Origin: Micrococcaceae bacterium
Lineage (GTDB): Bacteria; Actinomycetota; Actinomycetes; Actinomycetales; Micrococcaceae
Direction of reading: 5' to 3'
DNA: 64,000 nt
Assembly: GCA_025465475.1 (NCBI GenBank)
Contig: JAODMR010000160.1
Coordinates: 17,744 to 81,743, forward strand
The notes under the pieces are model-generated. The model searched no databases, was not told the origin of the DNA, and saw only the letters and a program-made list of their open reading frames with translations. Shown piece after piece: positions 29,050 to 37,963 of this stretch. The translations under genes and the position numbers were made by a program. Position 1 is the first letter of the stretch, and every line of letters begins with the position of its first letter.

Positions 29050-30149
29050 TAGAGGAGTACCTTCCAGCCGCGCTCAGTCAATTCCTGCACCAGTGTTTCC
29101 CGTTTCTTGGGCATGACGGACAGTTCCACCATGCCCGCTTCCCTGCCGGCGGAGTGGTCAAGCCGCAGATCTTCGACGTTGACGCCGATCTCACCGATTT
29201 CCGTCAGCAGCCGCGCGATTTGGCCCGGCCTGTCGTCGACCAGCACGGTGAGCCACGCGTACGGCTGCCGGGGTCCACCGTGCTTACCCGGAATCCTGGC
29301 CTGGCCGGCGTTGCCTTCACTGATCAGTTGGGCCATGTCCAGCCGGGCGCCAGGAGCGGTGGGGGCTTCCAGGGTCGCGATGATGCGGTTCAGGTCGGTG
29401 CGGACGCCGTGCAGAACCGGCACCAGCCGGTCAGCGTTCGCGCCAAGGATCTGGACCCAAAGCGAAGGGTCGCTGGCGGCGATCCGTGTGACGTCGCGCA
29501 GCCCGTTGCCGGAGAGCGCGAGCGCGTGCAGGGGAACGTCCTGCAGCCGGCTGGCCACCAGGGACGACATGACCTGCGGCAGGTGGGAGACCAGGGCGAC
29601 CGCTTCATCGTGTTCTTCGGGCGTGAAGCGGAAGAGGACGGCACCGAGGTCGATGGCAAGCGATGAAGCCGTCTTGATGGCGGCGGCGCTGCTGGCCGGT
29701 GACGGGCAGAGCACCCACGGCATGCTGGTGAACAGCTCCGCACGCGCTGCCACGGGCCCGGAACGCTCCCGTCCGGCCATGGGGTGGGTGCCGACGTAGC
29801 GGGACAGGTCGGGCCGGGGTCCGGCAGAGTCCTGCAGGTCGGCCAGCACCGCGGCTTTCACGCTGGCCACATCGACGACGACGGCCGCCGGGTAGCGTTC
29901 CAGGGCCGTTGCGACCACCGAGGCGGTGACGTCGGGCGGGCTCGCGACCACCACGAGCTCGGGCTGCAGCTGCTCGCCCGAGCGGAGAGCCCTGCCGGCG
30001 CCAATGTCGACGGCGACGGCCTGCGCGGAAGGGGAAATATCCTGCAGGACCACGTCGATGCCCAAGCCGCGCAGGCCAAGCCCGATGCTTGCGCCCAGCA
30101 GGCCCGTGCCGATGACCAGCACGGGCCCGACCAAGTGTGTTGGGTTCAT
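29049..30149 (-). CDS. tyrA: prephenate dehydrogenase
   Basis: Rossmann 'VLVIGTGLLGASIGLGL', plus 'GTHPMAGRERSG' and 'SHLPQVMSSL'. C-terminal ACT-like region. Confidence 0.85.
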   Translation of the reverse strand: MNPTHLVGPVLVIGTGLLGASIGLGLRGLGIDVVLQDISPSAQAVAVDIGAGRALRSGEQLQPELVVVASPPDVTASVVATALERYPAAVVVDVASVKAAVLADLQDSAGPRPDLSRYVGTHPMAGRERSGPVAARAELFTSMPWVLCPSPASSAAAIKTASSLAIDLGAVLFRFTPEEHDEAVALVSHLPQVMSSLVASRLQDVPLHALALSGNGLRDVTRIAASDPSLWVQILGANADRLVPVLHGVRTDLNRIIATLEAPTAPGARLDMAQLISEGNAGQARIPGKHGGPRQPYAWLTVLVDDRPGQIARLLTEIGEIGVNVEDLRLDHSAGREAGMVELSVMPKKRETLVQELTERGWKVLL

Positions 30150-30155
30150 CCTGGC

Positions 30156-31631
30156 TTACATTCCCACCGAAGCCAGCAGGTGTCCCACTTCCTGCCGGCC
30201 GAGCACCCGGATGCTGCCCTGGCGCTGGTCGTTCATCCGGATCGGGCCGATCTGGGTGCGGACCAGGCGTTGGACGGGGTAGCCGACGGCGTCGAACAGG
30301 CGGCGCACGATGCGGTTTTTGCCCGAGTGCAGGACCACTTCCACCAGCACGTACCCGGGGGTGGAGTCGACCAGGCGGAAGGAGTCAACACTGGCCACAC
30401 CGTCCTCCAGTTCGATGCCTTCACGCATCTGGGCGCCGACGCCGGGCCCCATCGGACCGCGCACCTGGACCAGGTAGGTCTTGGGCACCTCGTATTTGGG
30501 GTGGGTGAGGCGGTTGGCCAGTTCGCCGTCATTGGTCAGCAGCAGCAGCCCTTCGGTGGCGACGTCGAGCCGTCCGACGTGGAAGAGTCGTTCGTTCGAC
30601 TGCCGCTTCTTCAGGAAGTCGCTAATGCAGGGGCGGCCTTCAGGGTCCTCCATGGTGGAGATGACACCCTTGGGCTTGTTGAACACCATGTAGACCAGGG
30701 ATTCGTCCAACTGCAGCCGGATGCCGTCGACGGTGATGGCGGCGGTGGCCGGATCAACGCGCAGGCCCAAGCTGGTGACCACCTGTCCGTCGACTTCGAC
30801 GCGGCCGGCTTCGATCATTTCCTCGCAGACGCGACGTGAGGCGACGCCGGCGGAGGCCATGATCTTTTGCAGCCGCACTCCCTCGGGATTATGCAGGTCC
30901 ACGTCGGGCTGGCTATTGCGGGATCCGGCGCTGCGCTGTGCGGCGTACTTCTGGCCGGCTCCGGTCTGCAGTGCGTTCTTGCGGACCGGGCCCAGGTTGC
31001 TGCCAAAGCGTTCGTTGCTGAAGGCGCGGGGTCCCCGCGGGGCGGCAGATTTAGCGCCTGCCGCACGGGCACCAGGCTTGGCTGCTCCACCGCGGGCAGC
31101 GTTGCGCTCGTTCCAGGCGGTACCGGCGTCCATGGGACGTCCACCGGAGCGCGGCCCGCCAGTCCTGCCGGCGGCGCTGCGGGGTGCACCCGAACGGGCG
31201 CCTCCTGACCGCGGGGCACCCGAGCGGGGTGCGTCCGACCAGGGAGCATCGGAACGGGAAGCATCAGACCGGGGCGAGCGGGGGGCACCGGAGCGCGGGG
31301 CATCCGACCGGGAGCCACCGGAGCGCGGGGCGTCCGAGCGGAAGCCACCGGAGCGCGGGGCATCCGACCGGAAGCCACCGGAGCGCGGGGCATCCGAGCG
31401 GAAGCCACCGGAGCGCGGGGCATCCGACCGGGAGCCACCACGTCGGGTGGCGCCGGCGTCACCTGATGCCTGGCGGTAGTCGTTTTCGTAGCCCGAATCC
31501 CCCGGTGCATTCGGGCGGCCGCCGGCACCGCCGCGACCGGACCCGGCGTCTGGGCGCCCGGTCCGCTGCGGGTTGCGGCCGGAGCCGGAGGCGCGGCGCC
31601 CGGAATTGTCTGAGCGGGGCGACGGTGTCAT
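30156..31631 (-). CDS. rluB: rRNA pseudouridine synthase (RluB/RsuA family) with a long Arg/Ser/Gly-rich repeat N-terminus
   Basis: S4 domain 'RLQKIMASAGVASRRVCEEMIEAGRVEVDGQVV' and catalytic 'HVGRLDVATEGLLLLTNDG'. Start set to the ATG at 31631 (GAAGGA RBS, downstream of the scpB stop) instead of the track ATG at 31682. Confidence 0.85.
   Translation of the reverse strand: MTPSPRSDNSGRRASGSGRNPQRTGRPDAGSGRGGAGGRPNAPGDSGYENDYRQASGDAGATRRGGSRSDAPRSGGFRSDAPRSGGFRSDAPRSGGFRSDAPRSGGSRSDAPRSGAPRSPRSDASRSDAPWSDAPRSGAPRSGGARSGAPRSAAGRTGGPRSGGRPMDAGTAWNERNAARGGAAKPGARAAGAKSAAPRGPRAFSNERFGSNLGPVRKNALQTGAGQKYAAQRSAGSRNSQPDVDLHNPEGVRLQKIMASAGVASRRVCEEMIEAGRVEVDGQVVTSLGLRVDPATAAITVDGIRLQLDESLVYMVFNKPKGVISTMEDPEGRPCISDFLKKRQSNERLFHVGRLDVATEGLLLLTNDGELANRLTHPKYEVPKTYLVQVRGPMGPGVGAQMREGIELEDGVASVDSFRLVDSTPGYVLVEVVLHSGKNRIVRRLFDAVGYPVQRLVRTQIGPIRMNDQRQGSIRVLGRQEVGHLLASVGM
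31201..31440 (-). repeat. 30-bp coding tandem array (decapeptide RSDAPRSGGF repeats) inside rluB
   Basis: Five near-perfect 30-bp units GAGCGCGGGGCATCCGA(C/G)CGG(A/G)AGCCACC(G/A) at 31291-31440 (+ strand reading), with degenerate units extending to about 31201. Confidence 0.9.
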
Positions 31632-31653
31632 GGGGGTGTCCTTCAATAGCTGA

Positions 31654-32370
31654 TCAGTACGGTAAATCTTCGAAGTCGGCAAGGTTGTCGAGACCGGGAA
31701 GGTGCGGCGCCAATGACGGCAGCTCCTCCACGTTTCCGATACCCATACGCTCCAGGAAGTAGTGGGTGGTCCGGTACAGGAAAGCCCCCGATTCGGGGTC
31801 GGTTCCGGCTTCCTCGATCAAACCACGTTGCGTAAGGGTTCGCACCACCGAGTCAACGTTGACTCCCCGGATGGCGGAAACCCGCGCCCGGGACACAGGC
31901 TGGCGATAGGCGATCACAGCAAGCGTTTCCAACGCCGCCTGGGTCAGCCTTGCCGTCTGGCCGTCGACCACAAAGCGTGAAACCAGGGGCGCAAAGGCCG
32001 CCCGGGAGTAGATGCGCCACCCCCCGGCCACGCTGCGCAGTTCAAATCCCCGCGGGGCCGCCGTCGGCTCCGTAACCTTGGAGCCGTCCGGACCGTCAAC
32101 GGGACCTAGCCCAGTATAGCCGTCATATTCGCGTTGCAGCCCCCGCAGCAGGGACCGTACCTCGGGCATCGGTCGACCAACAGCTGCCGCGAGGGTTTCC
32201 TCGCTCAGCGGTTCGTCAGTCACCATCAGCACCGCTTCGAGCGCGGCACGAACTCCCCCCGGGAGGTTGTCGACGCCGGGCTGCGTCGGGCTCTCCCCGT
32301 CGTCCAGGTGGGTTCCCGCAACGGCCGGAGCCGCGCTCGGGAAGTTGTCGGAATGTCCTGCTGCCGTCAT
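31654..32370 (-). CDS. scpB: SMC-Scp complex subunit ScpB
   Basis: 'ALEAVLMVTDEPLSEETLAAAVG', 'LTQAALETLAVIAYRQPVSRARVSAIRGVNVDSVVRTLTQRGLIEE'. ATGA overlap with scpA. Confidence 0.85.
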   Translation of the reverse strand: MTAAGHSDNFPSAAPAVAGTHLDDGESPTQPGVDNLPGGVRAALEAVLMVTDEPLSEETLAAAVGRPMPEVRSLLRGLQREYDGYTGLGPVDGPDGSKVTEPTAAPRGFELRSVAGGWRIYSRAAFAPLVSRFVVDGQTARLTQAALETLAVIAYRQPVSRARVSAIRGVNVDSVVRTLTQRGLIEEAGTDPESGAFLYRTTHYFLERMGIGNVEELPSLAPHLPGLDNLADFEDLPY

Positions 32371-33254
32371 TGCCCTGCTTCCCGTGGATGGTGAGTGTCG
32401 TCGGTCCCGTCAAATCCCGAGCTGAGCCTGGTATCGTCCCAGCCCTCCGTCGGACCGGACCAGCGGACCAGCAGTTCTCCGAGCGGATTCGCCTGGTCGA
32501 AGGCGATGACCGCTTCACGGAAGAGGTCCAGCAGCGCCAGGAACCGGGCGACCACCACCAGGGTGTCGGCCGCGTCGCTCACGAGCACCCGGAACGGGAC
32601 CGGGCCGCTGCCACGCAACCGCCGGGCCAGCAGGATCGCCTGTTCGCGGACGTTGACCTCGGGGGCGTGCAGGTGGGACAGAGCGACTTCGGTTGGCGGC
32701 CCCTCCCTGGGTTCCAGGGCCTTTCGGGCGAGGGCGGCGAACTGTTCGGGGGTGTGCTTCCAGATCAGTTCGGGCAGCAGTGCCGCAAACGAAGGTTCCA
32801 GGCTGACCAATCGGGGAAAGCGCTCGGCTTCCTCATCGAGCCGCGCACCCAGAAGTGCTGCGACCTGCTTGAAAGCCTTGTACTGCAGCAGCCTGGCGAA
32901 GAGCAGGTCGCGGGCTTCGAGCAGAGCCAGGTCCTCGTCGTCGTCCACCTCCCCGGAGGGCAGCAACCGGGCGGCCTTGAGATCCAGCAGCGTTGCGGCG
33001 ATGACCAAGAATTCGCTCGCCTCATCCAGGGCCCACTCCTGGCCCAGCTGCTGCAGCCCCCGGATGTAGCCGATGAATTCGTCGGTGACCTGCGCCAGGG
33101 CGATTTCCGTGATGTCCAGTTCGTGCTTGGTGATCAGGCCCAGCAGCAGGTCGAAGGGGCCGGTGAAGTTGGCCAGTCGGACTTCGAATCCGCCGCCCGC
33201 TGCGGCCGGCGCGGTGCCACCGGCGGGTGCGGCAAGGTCAGGGCGCGCCACCAC
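32367..33254 (-). CDS. scpA: segregation and condensation protein A
   Basis: 'FEVRLANFTGPFDLLLGLITKHELDITEIALAQVTDEF'. Start uncertain: a GTG at 33254/33251 overlapping the parA 3' end by about 14 nt is preferred over the track ATG at 33398, which would overlap parA by 160 nt. Confidence 0.8.
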   Translation of the reverse strand: MVARPDLAAPAGGTAPAAAGGGFEVRLANFTGPFDLLLGLITKHELDITEIALAQVTDEFIGYIRGLQQLGQEWALDEASEFLVIAATLLDLKAARLLPSGEVDDDEDLALLEARDLLFARLLQYKAFKQVAALLGARLDEEAERFPRLVSLEPSFAALLPELIWKHTPEQFAALARKALEPREGPPTEVALSHLHAPEVNVREQAILLARRLRGSGPVPFRVLVSDAADTLVVVARFLALLDLFREAVIAFDQANPLGELLVRWSGPTEGWDDTRLSSGFDGTDDTHHPREAGQ

Positions 33255-34164
33255 GGGCCACAAGTTCCTTTGCCAGGCGCCGGTAGGCGTCGGCCCCGGC
33301 ATGGTTGCCGGCGTAGGTGGTGATCGGTTCGGCGGCGACGGTTGCGTCGGCGAACTTGATGGTGCGCTTGATGACTGTTTCGAACACCTTGTCCCCAAAG
33401 GCCTCCACCAGGCGGGAGATCACTTCACGGCTATGCAGGGTCCGGGCGTCGTACATGGTGGCGAGTACGCCATCCACCTGCAGCCTGGGGTTGAGCCGGT
33501 CCTGCACCTTTTCAATGGTTTCCACCAGCAGCGCGACGGCGCGCAGGGCGAAGAATTCGCAGATCAGCGGAATGATGACGCCGTGCGCGGCGGTGAGGGC
33601 GTTGACCGTCAGCAGGCCCAGTGACGGCTGGCAGTCGATCAGGACAACGTCGTAGTCGTCCTCCACCTTTTTTAGGGCGCGGTCAAGCACCTGCTCCCGG
33701 GCCACCTCATTAACCAGCTGCACTTCAGCGGCGGAAAGATCGATGTTGGCCGGCAGCAGGTCAATGTTTTCGACGTCGGTGTGCCGGATCGCGTCCCGAA
33801 TGTCCACCTTGCGGTCCATCAGCACGTTGTAGACAGTGACGTCCAGCTCATGGGGATTTGTTCCCAGGCCCGCGGAGAGGGCGCCCTGGGGGTCGAAGTC
33901 GACCAGCAGGACACGCCGGCCGGCCTCCGCGAGCGCGGCGCCCAGGTTGATGGTGGAGGTCGTTTTGCCGACACCGCCCTTTTGGTTGACCATGGCGATG
34001 ACGCGTGCCGGGCCGTGCGAGGACAGGACGGGTGGCTCAGGGAACTCGGTGAGCGGCCGTCCCGTGGGGCCCAGGATCACATCGTCCAGGTCCACGCCCG
34101 CCAAAGTTGTTGAGCCCTGCTCGTTGCTCACGTATTCGTCCACGCTTTCACTGTCTGGTATCAC
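33238..34164 (-). CDS. ParA-family ATPase upstream of scpAB (Rv1708/PldP type)
   Basis: 'VIAMVNQKGGVGKTTSTINLGAALA', 'VLLVDFDPQGA', 'VLIDCQPSLGLLT'. Conserved parA-scpA-scpB order. Confidence 0.85.
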   Translation of the reverse strand: MIPDSESVDEYVSNEQGSTTLAGVDLDDVILGPTGRPLTEFPEPPVLSSHGPARVIAMVNQKGGVGKTTSTINLGAALAEAGRRVLLVDFDPQGALSAGLGTNPHELDVTVYNVLMDRKVDIRDAIRHTDVENIDLLPANIDLSAAEVQLVNEVAREQVLDRALKKVEDDYDVVLIDCQPSLGLLTVNALTAAHGVIIPLICEFFALRAVALLVETIEKVQDRLNPRLQVDGVLATMYDARTLHSREVISRLVEAFGDKVFETVIKRTIKFADATVAAEPITTYAGNHAGADAYRRLAKELVARGGAP

Positions 34165-34307
34165 CGGTCCTGACGTCTACGTTACCGCCAATTGCCGTAC
34201 CGGCTTTGAACATTGCGTCGGCAGCGGGTGTGAGCCTTGACCCTCAACCGGAGGATGAGGCTTGGCGGGGGCCGCCGCTGTAGATCGGCCGACGACGGCG
34301 CTGCACG

Positions 34308-35093
34308 GTGCGGGACCTATACTTTCGGTCAATGAGCAAGCAGCCAAAATCCCGGTCCACCGCTTCCCGCGGTTCCTCCCCGTCCGCCGGAGGCGCCGCC
34401 CCCGCCGTCGAACTCGTCCGGGCGCAGCGGCTGCTGGTCGGGTACGGCTCCTCGCCGGTGTGCGGCGAAGTGGCGTTCAGCCTCCGTCCCGGTGAGGCCG
34501 TGGCCCTGGTGGGGCCTAACGGCGCCGGCAAGTCCACCGTGCTCAAGACGGTGACCGGCGGACTGGAACCCATCAGCGGTACGGCCCTCGTCGGCGGAAA
34601 GCCCGCCGATGACAGGAGCCTGGAGTTCCGCAGGGACGTGGCGACGGTATTCGACGATGACGCCTTCTTCCCGGCGCTGACCGTGCAGGAACACCTGGCC
34701 ATCGTCGCCGCCGGCCATGGTGCCTCCGACGTCGAGGAGCTGATCGCGGCCGAGCTGGACTTTTTCGGCCTGCTGGAGCAGCGGGAGTCGCTGCCGCACA
34801 ACCTTTCCTCGGGCCAACGCCGCCGCATGCTGCTGGCTGCCGCCTTCATCCGGCCACGGCTCCTGCTGATTCTGGACGAACCCGAGCAGCGCCTGGACAC
34901 CGCCATGCGGACGCGGCTCGCTGCCCGGCTGCGGACGGAAGTGGACGGCGGGCTGGGGCTGCTCCTGGTCACCCACGACCCAGACTTCCTGCGTGCCGTA
35001 GCCACCCGGGCCATCTTCGTGGCCGACGAGGTTCGGAAACTCACCCCAGCCCAGGCCGCGACCGCCATCTCGGTGGAAAATCCGCATGCCTGA
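34308..35093 (+). CDS. ABC transporter ATP-binding protein
   Basis: Walker A 'GPNGAGKST', signature 'LSSGQRRR', Walker B 'LLILDEPEQRLD', H-loop 'VTHD'. The start could be the ATG at 34332 (MSKQPK...). Confidence 0.85.
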   Translation: MRDLYFRSMSKQPKSRSTASRGSSPSAGGAAPAVELVRAQRLLVGYGSSPVCGEVAFSLRPGEAVALVGPNGAGKSTVLKTVTGGLEPISGTALVGGKPADDRSLEFRRDVATVFDDDAFFPALTVQEHLAIVAAGHGASDVEELIAAELDFFGLLEQRESLPHNLSSGQRRRMLLAAAFIRPRLLLILDEPEQRLDTAMRTRLAARLRTEVDGGLGLLLVTHDPDFLRAVATRAIFVADEVRKLTPAQAATAISVENPHA

Positions 35094-36756
35094 CCGGTCC
35101 GCAGGCGACCTCCTGTCCGCCAGGGAAATCCGCCGGTATACCTTCCGGGCCGGACTGGTCCGGACCGAGGGCGGCATTGGTGAGCTGATCTCGGAGGTGT
35201 ACACCTCGGTCCTGGGCGCGGTGGTCCTGGTGGTGATGGCTGCCGCGTTGACCACCGGGCTCCGGGACTCCCTGGGCCTGGGCTCCACCCCCGTCTGGGC
35301 GGCGTCCGCCCTGGCGCCGGGCTTCCAGAGCCTGCCACCGATGCAGGCGAGCGCGACGGTGCTGTTGACCCTTGCGGCGGCCCTGCTCAGCGTCGAAATG
35401 AACGTCGGCCCCATCGCCCTCTCCGTCCCCCAGACCTTCTGGTGGCTGGGTTTGCCCGTTCCGCGGCGGGGGTTCATTGTTCCCGGATTCCTGCGCTCGG
35501 CCCTGTGGCCGGCCGCCGCGGCCGTGGCCGTGGTGGTCCCCTTGGCCCTGGGTTCCGCCGCCCAGGCCGGACCCCTGCAGGTGCTCCTGTCGGCCCTGTG
35601 CGGGGTCGGGCTGGCGTTGCTGCTCTACGGGGTGGCCGGGTGGCTGCAGATCGTGGGGCGTGGCCGGTGGGTCCGGACGCTGGCCGGCGTCGTCGTCCTG
35701 GTGGCGCCGCTGTCCCTGGTGGTGACGGCATTGGCGGGCACCATCGAGGGACGGCCCGTGAACCTGGGCTGGCTGCAGTTCCTGCCCACCAGCTGGCCGT
35801 TGCTGGTGGCGCAAGGCCAGCTGGCACCGTTGTTGTTGCTGGCCGCGGCCGGCGCAGTCCTGGTGGTGGTGTACGCCAACCTGGAACGGCTCAGTTCATC
35901 CCGGCTCAAGGCGAGCGCCGTCGCCGGCAGCCATGTCGCCGGATCGGTGCTGTCCATGGACGCCAGCGAACTGACCCGCGCCCTGGGTTCCGCCGACACC
36001 AACGTGCCAACCCGGATCCGGCTGCCGCTGGTCTTTTCCCGCGGGTCGGCTACCCGGCGCTCGGTCCTGACCTTGCTCAGCGCGCAGCTGACAGTGCACC
36101 TGAGGCATCCGGCACGGTTGCTTCGGGTGTTGGTGCTCGCGACAATTCCTGCCAGTGTGGCTGCCGTCCAGTTCCTCGGCAACGCACCGCTGCTCGCCGT
36201 CGTCGTGTATGTCGCTGCGTTGTTCGGCACGACCGGGCTGGGACATGTGGCCCGGTTTGCGGCAGGTAATCCCAGCGTGGACGCGCTGTTGCCGCTGTCG
36301 CAGCAAACGGTCCGCCGCGTGCATCTGCTGGTCCCGGCGGCTGGCCTGACCCTGTGGATGGCACTGGCGTTCACGCTGCTGCTGATCCTTGGTGTTGGTT
36401 CGTGGCCGCTGGTGTTGCTGGCCGTGCTGGCCGGTCCCGGGCTCGGTGCAGCGACCCTGCGGGCCGCTTTCCGTCCGGCCCCCAACTGGACCATGCCGCC
36501 GGTGGCCACGGCGGCAGGACCGATTCCGGTGGGCGCCATCCGCAACTTTGTGGTGGGACCGGATCTGGTCCTGATCGTCCTGCTGCCGGTGCTGGTCTGC
36601 CTGGCCTCCGGCGGCGTTCCGCTGCTGGCGTTTCCGATCCAACTGGGACTGACAGCGCTGGCCCTGGCATGGGGCACGCACGTCCGACGGGTGGCGGCCT
36701 CGGGGGGCGGCTCGATAGCCGGTTCTGGCGGTCCCTCAGCTGGCCAGGGACGCTGA
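35086..36756 (+). CDS. polytopic membrane protein of unknown family, presumed permease partner of the ABC ATPase
   Basis: Its ATG overlaps the ATPase stop (ATGCCTGA, 8-nt overlap). About 12 hydrophobic segments and Ala/Leu/Val-rich. No match to classical ABC permease motifs that I can recognise. Confidence 0.6.
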   Translation: MPDRSAGDLLSAREIRRYTFRAGLVRTEGGIGELISEVYTSVLGAVVLVVMAAALTTGLRDSLGLGSTPVWAASALAPGFQSLPPMQASATVLLTLAAALLSVEMNVGPIALSVPQTFWWLGLPVPRRGFIVPGFLRSALWPAAAAVAVVVPLALGSAAQAGPLQVLLSALCGVGLALLLYGVAGWLQIVGRGRWVRTLAGVVVLVAPLSLVVTALAGTIEGRPVNLGWLQFLPTSWPLLVAQGQLAPLLLLAAAGAVLVVVYANLERLSSSRLKASAVAGSHVAGSVLSMDASELTRALGSADTNVPTRIRLPLVFSRGSATRRSVLTLLSAQLTVHLRHPARLLRVLVLATIPASVAAVQFLGNAPLLAVVVYVAALFGTTGLGHVARFAAGNPSVDALLPLSQQTVRRVHLLVPAAGLTLWMALAFTLLLILGVGSWPLVLLAVLAGPGLGAATLRAAFRPAPNWTMPPVATAAGPIPVGAIRNFVVGPDLVLIVLLPVLVCLASGGVPLLAFPIQLGLTALALAWGTHVRRVAASGGGSIAGSGGPSAGQGR

Positions 36757-37782
36757 CCCGGACCGGTTGCCATGCAGCCGCGCCAGTCGGCGACGCAACT
36801 TGTCCGCCCGGTTGGGATCCGTGCTGAGGTGAGCGGTCCGGGTGATGTAATCCTCGCCCCAGTACTCCAGCAGGAAATCGTCGACGATGCGGACCTGTCC
36901 GGCCGGGAACTTGTACTCCATGCGCTCCGCGATGAAGTGCCAGTCGGCGTCCCGCAGTACATCCACGGCCCCCGACTTGGTGGTCACGCCGTTGGCGACC
37001 AGGTAGGAATTCAGCCACTCATAGTGTTCCGTCTTACTGCGCGGATACTCGGGCAGCGCCTGCTCGAGCAGGTCCTGCAACACGGCGGCGGTCAGCTCGT
37101 CGTCCGGCTCCGCCGCCACCGCCGCCTGGTCGGCTGCCCGTTGGGCTGCGACCAAAGCGTTGATGGCACTGAACTCGCGGTCGGCCAGTTCGATCAGCCC
37201 GGAGGCCAGGGTGAAGGCCCGCTTCACCTCGGGCGGCACCGGCCCGGCTCCTTTGTAGCGCACGTCATGCTCGAACTCCGCCCATGCGTGCTGCAGGATC
37301 GTGCGGAACTGCACTTCAAAGCGGAGACCGGCGTAAGGGCGGCAGCCGGCCGGAACCTTGGTGTCTCCGATCTGGAACACCAGATGTTGGCCCGAGTAGC
37401 CGAACTCCCCCTTGGATTTCTGTTCGAACGTCTTGTCAACGTGCTCCAGCTGCTGGAACGTTCCGCGCAGCGCGGTCATTGCCCGGGAAATGTCATCCTC
37501 CAGGTAGGTGATGACCCGCAGCCCCACGAGGTCGTCAATTTCGGCCAACCCGTTGCCGTACTTTTGCGACCCGTCAGGGCCCATCCGACGCAGTTTGCGT
37601 TCCAGCGATCCAGCGTCCTTCACGCGGTGCTGCACCACGTGGTAATTCAATCCATCATCGGTCAGCCGTGCCGTGACTGCCTCGTGCAGGGCGGCGCTGG
37701 CGCCCAGCAGGGAGGGCCTGAGCGCAGCGAACTCCGCCAGGCAGCGACCCACCAAACCTTCATGTGAGCTGGACGTAAACAT
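36736..37782 (-). CDS. RelA/SpoT-domain protein (small-alarmone-synthetase-type nucleotidyltransferase) with an uncharacterised C-terminal domain of about 150 aa
   Basis: Synthetase-fold motifs in order: 'HRVKDAGSLERKLRR', 'DLVGLRVITYLEDDI', 'GYSGQHLVF', 'EVQFRTILQHAWAEFEHDVRYK', then helix 'KRAFTLASGLIELADREF'. No hydrolase (HD) domain. 348 aa. Confidence 0.8.
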   Translation of the reverse strand: MFTSSSHEGLVGRCLAEFAALRPSLLGASAALHEAVTARLTDDGLNYHVVQHRVKDAGSLERKLRRMGPDGSQKYGNGLAEIDDLVGLRVITYLEDDISRAMTALRGTFQQLEHVDKTFEQKSKGEFGYSGQHLVFQIGDTKVPAGCRPYAGLRFEVQFRTILQHAWAEFEHDVRYKGAGPVPPEVKRAFTLASGLIELADREFSAINALVAAQRAADQAAVAAEPDDELTAAVLQDLLEQALPEYPRSKTEHYEWLNSYLVANGVTTKSGAVDVLRDADWHFIAERMEYKFPAGQVRIVDDFLLEYWGEDYITRTAHLSTDPNRADKLRRRLARLHGNRSGSASLAS

Positions 37783-37836
37783 GCCGTTCCTCCGACCCCT
37801 GGAACCGCGCGGATGGCGATCAGTATCCGCGCACGA

Positions 37837-37876
37837 CAGCGCCGCCGCAAGCCCCTGTGGGCTGGCGGCGGCGCTG
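37837..37876 (-). terminator. strong GC hairpin between dctA and the RelA/SpoT gene
   Basis: CAGCGCCGCCGC-A-AGCCC-CTGT-GGGCT-G-GCGGCGGCGCTG (17 bp paired). No U-tract. A second 6-bp hairpin (CAGCGG/CCGCTG) lies near 37908-37928. Confidence 0.5.
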
Positions 37877-37963
37877 GTTGGTTCCCGCCCGTCCTGACGA
37901 GCCGGTCAGCGGTCGGCTGAGCCGCTGTAGGCAGCCTCGGGCAGTGACCGGTTCCCGGTGGGG

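Noticed and set aside
30721-31479. 252-aa + strand ORF with its own peptide repeats (PPERGASDR...)
   Set aside because: It is the antisense reading of the rluB 30-bp tandem array. The sense strand continues into a bona fide S4/pseudouridine synthase protein.
33255-33398. N-terminal 48-codon extension of the scpA ORF (track ATG at 33398)
   Set aside because: It would overlap the parA coding region by 160 nt and encodes only a Pro/Ser/Thr-rich sequence. ScpA homology begins after the GTG codons at 33254/33251.
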